Part shown: one piece after another, positions 1 to 9,408 of the stretch | Layout of the letters: every line of letters begins with the position of its first letter | Position numbering within the stretch: position 1 is the first letter of the stretch | NCBI GenBank assembly: GCA_963796795.1 | Contig: CAWCNA010000006.1 | Span: forward strand, 1 to 55,545 | Direction of reading: 5' to 3' | From: Candidatus Adlerbacteria bacterium | GTDB lineage: Bacteria > Patescibacteriota > Minisyncoccia > Phycocordibacterales > SBAW01 | Length of the DNA: 55,545 nucleotides | The notes under the pieces: generated by a model | Seen by the model: the letters and a program-made list of their open reading frames with translations, nothing else | The model's database searches: none | Told to the model about the DNA's origin: nothing | Program-made: the position numbers and the translations under genes

Positions 1-53
1 TCACACCGGCAACCCATCGCGTGACGCGGCCGCTGGTGCTGCTCCTCATGCGC

Positions 54-541
54 TCAATTCGTCCAAATGGTTACCCGAGCTCCGACGCTTCGATAGGAGG
101 GTTCGATGAACATACCGGTCACGAACGCCTTCTCATAGGCGTTGGTAAAGTACTTCTTATCGACGTAGGTGGGCTGGGCGCGATTCATGCCCTGCTCGAA
201 AAACGTGTCCCCGTTGTCGATGGAATAGTAAGTCAGGAAACCCACCCGAGGCGGTGTCGGTTTGCAGGCAGGGGCCATGGTCGATGGTGACCGTCACCGA
301 TTGGGCGTTCAGTTTGTACTTCCAATCCACTGGAATCACCGTTTCAACCGTGAAACTGCTGGGGGTCGGGGGACCGGCGTGAACGTCTGGGCTTGGAGGC
401 TGGCCAAACTGGCCAGAACAAGGCCGCCAGTGCGGCCAGTGTGCCCCGCCCAACCTGGCCGGCCAGCGCGGCAACAAGGGTGTTCAGGATAGGCACGGCT
501 TGGTGAGAACGAGGGGTTTTCATGGAACAGGGAGTTTTCAT
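54..541 (-). pseudogene. Frameshifted hypothetical (possibly secreted) protein in the GC-rich left-end segment
   Basis: Consecutive minus-strand ORF pieces (344-601, 157-477, 54-278) join into a hydrophobic N-terminus followed by TPSSFTVETVIP...TYYSIDNGDTFFEQG; no family recognised. Confidence 0.3.
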
Positions 542-1113
542 GTTTGAGGGTTGATAGGCTTGCCTCCGGATGGGGGGCAGGTTTCGGGCTGAATTATTCA
601 TTGATTGTTGTTTGAGTTGAACTTGGTGATTTGGTGGTGGAAAGGCGCGGGTCCGGGGGAGTCCTGGCCCTCATCAATTATGGTCCAAAACGGTGTGCCA
701 TCGTTTGGTCCGAATGACCCGAGCGTGAAAAAAGGCCGATGCAAGATTCTGTCGCTGCGGCAGAATGCCATGTTTCCAAATTTCATGCGAATAATTGTTC
801 GGTTAATCAATGGTGGCTGATGTTGTTAAATTTATCGACGAGCTTCGCAAAGCGCGATATCTTTTTATTGTACTTTTGTCGCATTTCAGGATGCAGGCAG
901 ACACGGCGAGGGAAGAATGGCGAACACCCGCTTGACTTCACCCGCTTTTTGCGGGGGCTCATGGTCGGGGGAGAAAATCTGGGTGGTGAGGAGCCCTCCT
1001 CGTTCCCAAGGAGCAGGTGAAAGGAATCGAATATGCGTTTGCAGGCATTGAAGACACGATCAAAACCCCTCAAAAATGCTCGCGCAAGTCTGCTTCTGTT
1101 TCGTTTCTTGTTT

Positions 1114-1623
1114 CTACAGGGTCGCGGCGTATAGCTTGATCTCCGGGGCCTGGCTAGGCACACGGACCATCCGCTCAAAACGAAAACCCAGTTTCTCCAG
1201 CAACCTACCCGAAGCTTCATTGTCCGGCGACATGATGGCGACGATTCGCCGGAGCCCCAATCGCTCCTTCCCATAGGACATGGTCGCTGAAGCCGCTTCA
1301 TAGGCAAAACCCTTTCGCCAGTGGGCCGCCCGGAAAGCAAAGCCCAGGTCCACATCTTCCAGCGAATCACGTTTGATCAAGCCACAGATTCCGATGGGGA
1401 TGCCGCCCTGCTTCAATTCCACAAGCCACAGCCCGAAACCCGTGCGCTCATACATTTTCACCGGACCTTCCAAAATATAATTCCGGGCAGTTTCCACGGT
1501 TCGGATGTCCCGGTCGCCGATGAAGCGCAGCCACGCCGGCTCGTTCATCATTTCGCGGATGAAGACCGCGTCATTCTCGCCCAACTGGCGGAGCGTCAAC
1601 CGCTCTGTCTCCAAAATATGCAT
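1114..1623 (-). CDS. GNAT acetyltransferase, RimJ/RimL family
   Basis: LETERLTLR start, IGICGL, HWRKGFAYEAA, N-x-AS-x-x-LLEKLGF motifs. Confidence 0.9.
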   Translation of the reverse strand: MHILETERLTLRQLGENDAVFIREMMNEPAWLRFIGDRDIRTVETARNYILEGPVKMYERTGFGLWLVELKQGGIPIGICGLIKRDSLEDVDLGFAFRAAHWRKGFAYEAASATMSYGKERLGLRRIVAIMSPDNEASGRLLEKLGFRFERMVRVPSQAPEIKLYAATL

Positions 1624-1812
1624 GCGAGTAAGATACCAATCCCCCAGAAAGTTTTACTCTTAAACATACCCACTAAAACTGCTCAAATGCATGCAAAGTC
1701 ACGGAATCTTATTTGTTCTTTTTCTTTTGTATATCTATGTTGGCTTGTTTCTGGTTTTTAATAATCATCGACTCCTTAGCAGCTGCTTTATGTTTATTTT
1801 CCATACTTTATA

Positions 1813-1971
1813 TTATCCTTTGAATGCAAAAGCCATCAACACGATGGTTAAGGCATTAAGAATCACTAAGGCTAATGCTGTTTGGAATTTTGATGCAAAG
1901 GGATGCTGCACAATATAAATTGTGTAGATTATTGCAACAATCGCCGCACCAAGAAAATTTCCTTTTATCAT
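1813..1971 (-). CDS. Small two-helix membrane protein (52 aa)
   Basis: Manual translation MIKGNFLGAAIVAIIYTIYIV...TALALVILNALTIVLMAFAFKG. Confidence 0.5.
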   Translation of the reverse strand: MIKGNFLGAAIVAIIYTIYIVQHPFASKFQTALALVILNALTIVLMAFAFKG

Positions 1972-2175
1972 ATTTTTTATAATTAGGTTAATACATGCTA
2001 GCTAGAACTAGAATAAGTGTTTATTCATAACAACATCATACCAACTTTGCCATACTAATTCTATGAAGAACTGGTATTAGTGAGGCACACCCACAGGTTT
2101 AGGTTTTTGGCTGATTTCCTACGGGCTCTTTCTATACTTTTACACTACGCAGGGTTCTGGCCTTGAAATCTTTTG

Positions 2176-2382
2176 TCAATTAGAAACACCAACAAGAATA
2201 GCAATAAGTATCAAAAACAAACCAGTAATTCGCATTGCCTTATATGTGCGTTTGCTTGGGATATATTGTGCACCCACAATTACACGTTGGCTCCATATTT
2301 GGAAACGGATCATGGTGTGAGTAAACAAAAGCATAAATCCCCCCACTATAAACAAAATAGCTGCGGCGATTATTTTTTCCAT
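2176..2382 (-). CDS. Small membrane protein
   Basis: Two hydrophobic segments; TATAAT 6 nt upstream of ATG. Confidence 0.65.
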   Translation of the reverse strand: MEKIIAAAILFIVGGFMLLFTHTMIRFQIWSQRVIVGAQYIPSKRTYKAMRITGLFLILIAILVGVSN

Positions 2383-2419
2383 GCGTTTATTATAACTTTT
2401 TTAACAGAATTGTAGATGC

Positions 2420-2755
2420 CTACATCGGGCGCGTCTCCATGATTTCAATCGTCGCACCGGGGATCCCAAGGTGCGGGTGGTCTTTGAAAAGGTCGGCCAC
2501 TGCTTCAAGAGACTTGCCCTGTGCGTAGGAAGACAGCATCATGTCGTTTTTTACATCGTGTACGCCAGATGTGCTCACGCGTTTCGTTTTGCCCAGAGCA
2601 ATGGTCTTCATCACAGTATCTGCGTGTGCTGCTGTCCATGCGTCCCAATCGGCCTTCATTTTGGTTTCTGCGTCTTTACGCTCCGCTTCCGGCTTCTTCA
2701 CCCATTCTTCTATAGATACTGCTGGCGCCATGTATATAACAGTAAAATTTTTCAT
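2420..2755 (-). CDS. Hypothetical protein, YciI/DGPF-like
   Basis: Pattern MKNFTVIY...W..W...LGKTKRV...HPHL..PGATIEIME. Confidence 0.65.
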   Translation of the reverse strand: MKNFTVIYMAPAVSIEEWVKKPEAERKDAETKMKADWDAWTAAHADTVMKTIALGKTKRVSTSGVHDVKNDMMLSSYAQGKSLEAVADLFKDHPHLGIPGATIEIMETRPM

Positions 2756-2802
2756 ATGCTCAAATTATACAGCATAGAGCTGTGCGGGGCATGAAGTTAG
2801 AA

Positions 2803-2976
2803 CTATTTTAACCTCCACAAAAGAAGGAAATTCACTATTAGTAAAAACATAAGGGCTAGCGGAACAATCCCTTGGATGCCTGTAATATCCCGAAAGCCGT
2901 CATCGATTGCATTGTATAAAATCCAGAGAATAAAAACAGCGTTGGCACCCAATACAAAAAGTTTTAATGGCTTCAT
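2803..2976 (-). CDS. Small membrane protein (57 aa)
   Basis: Manual translation MKPLKLFVLGANAVFILWILYNAIDDGF...FLLLWRLK; TAGAAT 6 nt upstream. Confidence 0.6.
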   Translation of the reverse strand: MKPLKLFVLGANAVFILWILYNAIDDGFRDITGIQGIVPLALMFLLIVNFLLLWRLK

Positions 2977-3036
2977 ATTTTCATTCTACCTTACCGAGCT
3001 GGGTGTGTGGTATGAAGTTGGAACCTTAAGCTTAGA

Positions 3037-3459
3037 TTAGGCAAATGCTGCAATAATTGCGCCCATCGCGATTATCACAATAAAACTACTTCCAAATTCA
3101 AAGAGCCAAAGCTTTAACGACCTGCCCATCCAAATGACCTCAATTGAAGTTGCGGTAGCCAAAAAGCCTGCCCACACCAACAAGCCGCACATAACCCCTG
3201 TCCAAATACCTGGTCCGTTTGAGTAGGAAGAACTAGAGGCAAACAAATATAAAACTGCGAGCGCATAGGCAGTTATAACATTCACAACAAGATTCCAAAA
3301 CATCTTGCCGTACATGTCGGATAGTTTTTCCTTTCCAGTCATATGAACGTTTGCTAAACGCATCCACAATTTTCCTGCAACTGGGCCATGCATCAAAAAT
3401 CCTATAATAAATGCCGCAAGCGCTGCCGCTAAAACGGCCACATAATTTATGGGTAACAT
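3037..3459 (-). CDS. DUF1761-family membrane protein
   Basis: INYVAVLAAALAAFIIGFL..GP..GKLWM pattern; start moved to ATG 3459 because the longer ORF overlaps the tRNA. Confidence 0.75.
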   Translation of the reverse strand: MLPINYVAVLAAALAAFIIGFLMHGPVAGKLWMRLANVHMTGKEKLSDMYGKMFWNLVVNVITAYALAVLYLFASSSSYSNGPGIWTGVMCGLLVWAGFLATATSIEVIWMGRSLKLWLFEFGSSFIVIIAMGAIIAAFA

Positions 3460-3484
3460 ATAGTGCAAGTTTACCATCCAAAAT

Positions 3485-3558
3485 TGGCTGGGGGATAGGG
3501 AATCGAACCCCAATTAAAGGCTTCAAAGGCCTCTGTCCTACCGTTAGACGATCCCCCA
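3485..3558 (-). tRNA. tRNA-Gln(UUG)
   Basis: TGGGGGA/TCCCCCA acceptor stem, anticodon loop CT-TTG-AA, GGTTCGATTCC T-arm, encoded CCA. Confidence 0.95.
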
Positions 3559-3581
3559 ATTTTTTCAAACAAACTCTTCTT

Positions 3582-3615
3582 TTAGACGACCTGCCTGCTG
3601 GCGGGCAGATCCCCA
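3582..3615 (-). repeat. Duplicated 5' fragment of tRNA-Gln interrupted by a 20-bp palindrome
   Basis: Minus strand TGGGGAT[CTGCCCGCCAGCAGGCAGGT]CGTCTAA versus tRNA 5' end TGGGGGATCGTCTAA. Confidence 0.75.
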
Positions 3616-3701
3616 ATATATTCCCAATTAACGATTACAGGATACCTAAAAAATGATGATTTTGCGAGTTCAAAATTCCAATTTGCTATACTAACCCCAT
3701 C

Positions 3702-4263
3702 ATGTCTTATATCTGGATAGTCACTGCCAGCTGGTTTGTGATGCTTATCTATTGGATCGTTGCTGCGAGGGGCGCAAAAAAGAACGTGAATACAAGCAGG
3801 GGCCGTTGGCTCGGTGTCCGTGTTGTGGTATGGATTGTTGTTTTTTTGTTAATACGTTTCGCGTTTTTGAATCACTACACGGGCTATTACCAACATGGTA
3901 CGATGCCCTCGTGGCTGCAGGCCGCAGGAACATTATTGTGTTTGTTTGGTATCGCACTGGCCATGTGGGCGCGCGCGTATCTTGGAAAAAATTGGGGCAT
4001 GCCGGTGTCGGTTAAAAAAGATCCAGAACTTGTTACCGAAGGGCCATACGCATATGTGCGCCACCCGATTTATTCGGGCATATTGCTCGCAGCGCTTGGT
4101 TCGAGCTTTGTTGACCCGGGGTGGGTTATTTTACTGCTCGTGTATGGCGTTTACTTTTTCTACAGTGCTGAAAAGGAAGAACACTTGATGCAAAAACAAT
4201 TTCCAGAAACGTATCCCGCCTACAAAAAGCGCACCAAAGATGCTTGTGCCGTTTGTTATCTAA
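3702..4263 (+). CDS. Isoprenylcysteine carboxyl methyltransferase (ICMT/PEMT) family membrane protein; frameshift near 4237
   Basis: LVTEGPYAYVRHPIYSG and EE..M...F...Y..YKKRT motifs; the expected C-terminus KMLVPFVI* lies in the shifted frame. Confidence 0.85.
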
Positions 4264-4286
4264 ATTCTCCTTGGTATACTGGGCGT

Positions 4287-4865
4287 ATGAACACATCCAA
4301 TTTTAAAAAGTGGCTCACGTGGCCGGTGGTTGTTGGGGTTATTATTGTGCTGGTTGTGTTGTACGGATGGGCAAAGTACAACTCGCTCGTTAAGGCAAAT
4401 ATTGCTGTCGACACGCAGTGGGCGCAGGTTGAGTCGCAGTACCAGCGTCGCTACGACCTTATCCCGAATTTGGTAAATTCTGTAAAGGGTGCGATGGCTC
4501 AGGAAACTGCAGTGTTTGGTGCAATCGACCAAGCGCGCACACAGTACGCGGGTGCAACTACCCCCGACCAGCAGGCTGCTGCAGCAACGCAAGTTGAAAG
4601 CTCTCTTTCGCGCTTGCTTGTCGTGATGGAAAACTATCCGCAGCTGAAATCTATCGACACAGTACAGAGTTTGATTGCTGAACTTTCGGGTACTGAAAAT
4701 CGTATTGCAGTAGAGCGTATGCGCTATAACGATATGGTTGCGGCGTACAATACGAGCGTACAAACATTTCCAAGCTCGCTTGTTGCAAAAATGTTTGGCT
4801 TTCATACGCGCACACTCTTCCAAGCCGACGATGCTGCCGCAACTCCTCCGACAGTAAGCTTCTAA
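4287..4865 (+). CDS. lemA: LemA family protein
   Basis: WAQVESQYQRRYDLIPNLV, ENYPQLK, ENRIAVERMRYN; own -10 box 6 nt upstream. Confidence 0.93.
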   Translation: MNTSNFKKWLTWPVVVGVIIVLVVLYGWAKYNSLVKANIAVDTQWAQVESQYQRRYDLIPNLVNSVKGAMAQETAVFGAIDQARTQYAGATTPDQQAAAATQVESSLSRLLVVMENYPQLKSIDTVQSLIAELSGTENRIAVERMRYNDMVAAYNTSVQTFPSSLVAKMFGFHTRTLFQADDAAATPPTVSF

Positions 4866-4868
4866 ACT

Positions 4869-5828
4869 ATGGTAAGAACCGGCACAGATGTTGAGGATGC
4901 CGGAGCGAAACTTCTCCGCGGTTCGTTAGAACCGATCGGAAAGTTTTGCGCAGGCTTTATCTTATTGTTTTGGGCTGTGCCTGCTTTTGCATCCATTGGG
5001 TATACATCTCCGGGGAATCCTGCAGGATATGTTACTGATTTTGCAAAAGTATTGAGTGCAAACGAAATACAAAGTATAGATGCAGAATTGCAACAGTTTG
5101 AAGCATCTACTTCAAACCAAATTGCAGTTGTGACCGTGCCGGACATGAATGGGGATTATATAGAAGACTACGCGCCGAAATTGTTTGCACAGTGGGGCAT
5201 TGGTCAAAAAAGCAAAGATAACGGGGTACTTTTACTGCTTTCGATTCAAGAACATTCTATTCGTATTGAAGTTGGCTATGGCTTGGAAGGCGCGCTGCCC
5301 GACAGCGTTGCGCAAAGTATCATCAATACTGATCTCACGCCAAATTTAAAAGCGGGGAACTATGACGCGGGTGTTACTGCTGCTGTCAGCGACATTATGC
5401 TCGCAACACAGAATGAATATACGGGAACAGGTTCGACTAGTTCCAATTCCGACAACAATCTAGGTTCTGTTATAGGTTACGGATTCTTTTTTGGATTTAT
5501 CGCGCTGCAGTGGTTGGCTGCCATTTTGGCGCGGAGCAAAAGTTGGTGGGCGGGCGGCATCGTTGGTGCGGTTATTGGGTTTGGTGTCTGGGGATTTTTT
5601 GGCTTCGTAATACTTTGGGGGGTTCTGGCAGTCGCGGGCCTCACCGGCCTCGGGCTTTTATTTGATTGGTATGTTTCAAAACATTACAACGCAGCAAAAG
5701 CGAACGGCACGCGCATGCCATGGTGGATAGGCGGAGGCGGTTTTGGTGGCCGAGGTGGTGGGGGCGGAGGTTTCGGCGGGTTTGGCGGCGGGATGTCGGG
5801 TGGAGGTGGCGCTTCCGGCGGCTGGTAG
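4869..5828 (+). CDS. TPM-domain protein (YgcG-like) with Gly-rich C-terminus
   Basis: YVTDFAKVL, WGIGQKSKDNGVLLL, RIEVGYGLEGALPD, GGGMSGGGGASGGW; usual partner of lemA. Confidence 0.9.
   Translation: MVRTGTDVEDAGAKLLRGSLEPIGKFCAGFILLFWAVPAFASIGYTSPGNPAGYVTDFAKVLSANEIQSIDAELQQFEASTSNQIAVVTVPDMNGDYIEDYAPKLFAQWGIGQKSKDNGVLLLLSIQEHSIRIEVGYGLEGALPDSVAQSIINTDLTPNLKAGNYDAGVTAAVSDIMLATQNEYTGTGSTSSNSDNNLGSVIGYGFFFGFIALQWLAAILARSKSWWAGGIVGAVIGFGVWGFFGFVILWGVLAVAGLTGLGLLFDWYVSKHYNAAKANGTRMPWWIGGGGFGGRGGGGGGFGGFGGGMSGGGGASGGW
4896..4958 (+). repeat. Intragenic palindromic element, copy A
   Basis: GATGCC GGA GCGAAACTT-(inner hairpin)-AAGTTTTGC GCA GGCTTT. Confidence 0.8.
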
Positions 5829-5853
5829 AAAAGAATTTGTTATACTGAAGTAT

Positions 5854-6528
5854 ATGTGGAAAATTATTCTAGGAGTTATCGTGGCAATTATTGTTGTAGG
5901 AGGAGGGTACTGGTTTTTAAAAGGCAGTAATGTTGAGCCTGCGCAGAGTTCTGCTTCCCTCGGCCAAAGCACGGCCACGGGCGAGGCGGCATCCTCAACT
6001 TTAGTAACATCTACGCCAAACACTACTAATTCAACTAATACAAATATGACAGCGACACTTAAAACAAACATGGGCAGCATTACTGTCGAGTTCTATCCCG
6101 ACCAAGCTCCAAAAACAGTGGCGAATTTTATCAAGCTGGCACAGTCTGGGTACTACGACGGCACAAAATTCCATCGCGTAATTCAGGGCTTTATGGACCA
6201 AGGCGGCGATCCGCTTACAAAGGACGACTCACAGAAAGCAGCATGGGGCACCGGCGGCCCGGGATACACTATCCCCGACGAATTTGGCACAACGTATACA
6301 AACGTCGCAGGTACTCTTGCAATGGCAAACACCGGCCAGCCGAATTCCGGCGGCAGCCAGTTTTTTATCAACGCGGTTGACAATCATTTCCTAGACGGTA
6401 AATACACAGTGTTCGGTAAAGTTACTTCTGGCATGAATGTTGTCACGGCAATCAACAATGTGCCTGTCGACTCGAGCGACCGCCCCCTCTCGCCAGTTGT
6501 CTTGATAAGTGTTACGGTGAGCCAGTAG
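5854..6528 (+). CDS. Cyclophilin-type peptidyl-prolyl isomerase with N-terminal membrane anchor
   Basis: APKTVANF, FHRVIQGFMDQGGDP, LAMANTG.PNSGGSQFFI, LDGKYTVFGKV. Confidence 0.93.
   Translation: MWKIILGVIVAIIVVGGGYWFLKGSNVEPAQSSASLGQSTATGEAASSTLVTSTPNTTNSTNTNMTATLKTNMGSITVEFYPDQAPKTVANFIKLAQSGYYDGTKFHRVIQGFMDQGGDPLTKDDSQKAAWGTGGPGYTIPDEFGTTYTNVAGTLAMANTGQPNSGGSQFFINAVDNHFLDGKYTVFGKVTSGMNVVTAINNVPVDSSDRPLSPVVLISVTVSQ
5936..5993 (-). repeat. Intragenic palindromic element, copy B, with nested 30-bp module
   Basis: Minus strand GATGCC[GCCTCGCCCGTGGCCGTGCTTTGGCCGAGG]GAA GCAG AACT CTGC GCA GGCT. Confidence 0.75.
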
Positions 6529-7265
6529 TGACTCAAACTAAAATCTATATCTATGGCAGGCACGCACTTCGCGCGGCCTTGCAAAACACCCCACGTGCTG
6601 TACGCCGCGTATATTTTTCGCGCGATATGCCAGACCAAAAACTCCGCCAGCTTGCCAAACAAAGCGGTGCATCGGTCGAGCTGCTCGATAGCCGCAAGGC
6701 AACGTCGTGGGTAGAAGGGAATGCGCCACACCAAGGCGCCATCGCCCTTATTTCTTTGAGTGACATTCTCGTACCATATGAGAAATTTGTTGAAACCCTT
6801 GTCGTTGATAAAAACACATCACTTGTGCTTCTAAACGAGGTACAGGATCCAAACAACGTTGGTGCGGTTATCCGCTCAGCAGCAGCGCTTGGAGCACGTG
6901 CGGTATTAATGCCAGGTGTGCGTCAAGCTCCGGTGACTTCGGCAGTTATTAAAGCGTCGGCTGGCATGGCGTTTACCTTGCCGCTTGTATCACTCGATAA
7001 TATCCAGCAAGTCGTATCTGATTTAAAAAAGCGCGGCTTCCGTGCATATGGGTTGTCTGGAGATGCACAATACTCACTCACAGCCGAGACGTTTGATGCA
7101 CCTTCTCTGTTTATATTAGGAAATGAAGCAAAAGGTTTGCCGCTTAAGACATCTCAAATTTGTGACCGCGTGCTTTCAATACCGATGGACCAAAAAGTTG
7201 AATCGCTCAACGTTGCAGCCTCGGCTGCAATTGCACTCTACGCATGGCGCACGAAGCATCTCTAA
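6528..7265 (+). CDS. rlmB: SpoU/TrmH-family RNA 2'-O-methyltransferase, RlmB-like
   Basis: IYGRHA, HQG, QDPNNVGAVIRSA, ILGNEAKG, ESLNVAASA. Confidence 0.8.
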   Translation: MTQTKIYIYGRHALRAALQNTPRAVRRVYFSRDMPDQKLRQLAKQSGASVELLDSRKATSWVEGNAPHQGAIALISLSDILVPYEKFVETLVVDKNTSLVLLNEVQDPNNVGAVIRSAAALGARAVLMPGVRQAPVTSAVIKASAGMAFTLPLVSLDNIQQVVSDLKKRGFRAYGLSGDAQYSLTAETFDAPSLFILGNEAKGLPLKTSQICDRVLSIPMDQKVESLNVAASAAIALYAWRTKHL

Positions 7266-7922
7266 AACTTCTCAAACGCGACAAGCGTTTTACTGCGCTT
7301 ATCAAAGCGCATGGCGCCCCGCAATTAAATCGTGGGATGAAACCGTTCCAGTCGCTGGTGCGCTCTATTATTTACCAACAAGTGTCGGGCAAAGCTGCGG
7401 CTACTATTCTGGGGCGGTTTGAAGCTCTATTTTCTGGTACTAAATTTCCAACTCCAGAAGATGTACTTGCAATGCCGCTACAAAAAATGCGCGAGGCGGG
7501 GCTTTCGTCTCAGAAAATCTTCGTATATAAAAGACTTGGCTGAGAAATTTGTAGATGGAACTGTAGGGCAGACAAAATTTAAGAAGATGAGTAACGAGGA
7601 AGTGATAGCTCACGTCACTGCTGTAAAGGGTATTGGAGTATGGACAGCACATATGTTTTTGATATTTACGCTCGAGCGTTTGGACGTACTTCCAACGGGC
7701 GATTTAGGAATTCAAAAAGGATTTCAAGTATTGTTTAATTTAAAAAAACTCCCCACTCCCGCACAGATGGAAAAATTAGCAGCACCGTGGCGCGAGCATG
7801 CCTCAGTCGCATCGTGGTATTTGTGGCGTGCAGCAGATGCGGCAAAATTAATTCCAAAGCCTCGCCCGTCGGACGGACACGGCCGAGGGAAAAAGCTTTC
7901 AAAAAAGGCAAAAATACGGTAG
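7244..7922 (+). CDS. alkA: DNA-3-methyladenine glycosylase II (AlkA/HhH-GPD); frameshift near 7515
   Basis: SIIYQQVSGKAA in the first ORF; KGIGVWTAHMFLIF, LPTGDLG and SWYLW in the second. Confidence 0.85.
7859..7888 (+). repeat. Free-standing 30-bp palindromic module in the alkA C-terminal tail
   Basis: GCCTCGCCCGT-CGGACGGACAC-GGCCGAGG has the same arms as the module nested in copy B. Confidence 0.7.
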
Positions 7923-7931
7923 GTTAGAACG

Positions 7932-9407
7932 ATGGCTAAGGGCGAAACTATAGTTCGGTTCGAGGACGTGTCATTTGATTTCGGTCCTAAAAAGAAAATC
8001 CTCGACGAGGTTTCTTTTAATGTACGCAAAGGTGCAAAGATCACGTTGATGGGCCAGAACGGTGCAGGGAAGACCACCCTTTTTAAATTACTCACAGGCG
8101 AACATGTGCCGGAGCAGGGAGTTATTAATGTTGATGAGGGCACAAGCGTTGCAACATCGCGCCAGGTAATCCCGCGTCCTGATTTAGAGTTGAATGTTCG
8201 TGATTTTTTCCAAAAATCGTTCTCTAAAAAGATGTACGATATCGACCCGCGCATTGACAAAGTGCTCGAAGCAGTAAACTTGGTTGCCGACCACGATAAA
8301 ATTGTAAAAACATTTTCAGGCGGCCAACAGGCGCGCCTCTTGCTTGCTTCGGCGCTTATACAAAATCCAGACATGCTCTTGCTGGACGAGCCGACAAACA
8401 ACTTAGATAAAGCTGGTATCGCACATCTGACCAAATTTTTGCAGGAATACACCAAGACGGTTGTTGTCATTTCCCACGACGCTGAATTTTTGAATTCATT
8501 TACGCAAGGCGTTCTCTACTTAGACGTGCATACTCACAAGGTTGAACAGTATGTCGGTAACTATTTTGACGTGGTGAAGGAAATTTCAGCACGTATTGAG
8601 AAGGAAAATCGCGCCAATGCCTTGCTCGCAAAGCAAATACAGGACAATAAAGACAAGGCAAACTTTTTTGCCAACAAGGGAGGCCAGATGCGTATGGTCG
8701 CAAAGCGCATGCGCGAAAAGGCAGAAGAGCTTGAAGAAGAAATTGTTGATGTCCGCAAAGAGGATAGGACTATCAGTGCTTTTACTATTCCTTCACAGCC
8801 TGACTTGATAGGAGATATTTTAACTATCACGTCGTTTTCCACTATAAAAAATCATAAGGAGACAAAACGGAAGGCTGATATAAAACTTAAAAAAAACCAG
8901 CACCTGTTGCTTGCTGGCCCCAACGGTATTGGTAAAAGCACACTGCTCGAATCTATCGTTAACAGTTCTACTTCGCCAGAGGCTTCGAAGAACAAGCACG
9001 GTATTTCAATATTGGAAGGTACTCGTGTTGGATATTACCGCCAAGACTTTTCAAACTTAGATTTCGATAAAACAGTGTTTGAAGAGTTGGGTGCTGTTAT
9101 GGAGCGCTTGATAGAAGAAGATTTGCGCAAAACAGCAGCACGTTTTTTGATAACGGGTGAATTAGTACATACAAAGATTGGTAATTTGTCAGAAGGACAG
9201 AAAGGGCTTGTCGCATTTGCGCGCTTGGTACTTTTGCGCCCAGGGCTTTTGATATTGGACGAGCCAACAAACCACATAAACTTCCGCCACTTGCCGGTCA
9301 TTGCAGAGGCTTTGAGCAAATACGAAGGTGCAATGATACTTGTGAGCCACGTGCCCGATTTTGTCTCGCAGATCCGCATCGACGAAAAACTCGATTTGGA
9401 GAAATAA
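7932..9407 (+). CDS. ABC-F family ATPase
   Basis: Two ABC domains (GQNGAGKT, GPNGIGKS; LLLDEPTNNLD, LILDEPTNH) and no TM segments. Confidence 0.93.
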   Translation: MAKGETIVRFEDVSFDFGPKKKILDEVSFNVRKGAKITLMGQNGAGKTTLFKLLTGEHVPEQGVINVDEGTSVATSRQVIPRPDLELNVRDFFQKSFSKKMYDIDPRIDKVLEAVNLVADHDKIVKTFSGGQQARLLLASALIQNPDMLLLDEPTNNLDKAGIAHLTKFLQEYTKTVVVISHDAEFLNSFTQGVLYLDVHTHKVEQYVGNYFDVVKEISARIEKENRANALLAKQIQDNKDKANFFANKGGQMRMVAKRMREKAEELEEEIVDVRKEDRTISAFTIPSQPDLIGDILTITSFSTIKNHKETKRKADIKLKKNQHLLLAGPNGIGKSTLLESIVNSSTSPEASKNKHGISILEGTRVGYYRQDFSNLDFDKTVFEELGAVMERLIEEDLRKTAARFLITGELVHTKIGNLSEGQKGLVAFARLVLLRPGLLILDEPTNHINFRHLPVIAEALSKYEGAMILVSHVPDFVSQIRIDEKLDLEK

Positions 9408-9408
9408 A

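Noticed and set aside
3702-4865. Apparent ICMT-LemA fusion protein (387 aa)
   Set aside because: An extra base near 4237 hides the normal ICMT end (KMLVPFVI*, stop at 4263), and lemA has its own -10 box and ATG at 4287; likely sequencing error.
7724-8470. Long antisense ORFs opposite ABC ATPases and other genes (also 17450-18055, 25516-26235, 54435-55271)
   Set aside because: Shadow frames of well-supported genes, with no recognisable motifs or start signals.
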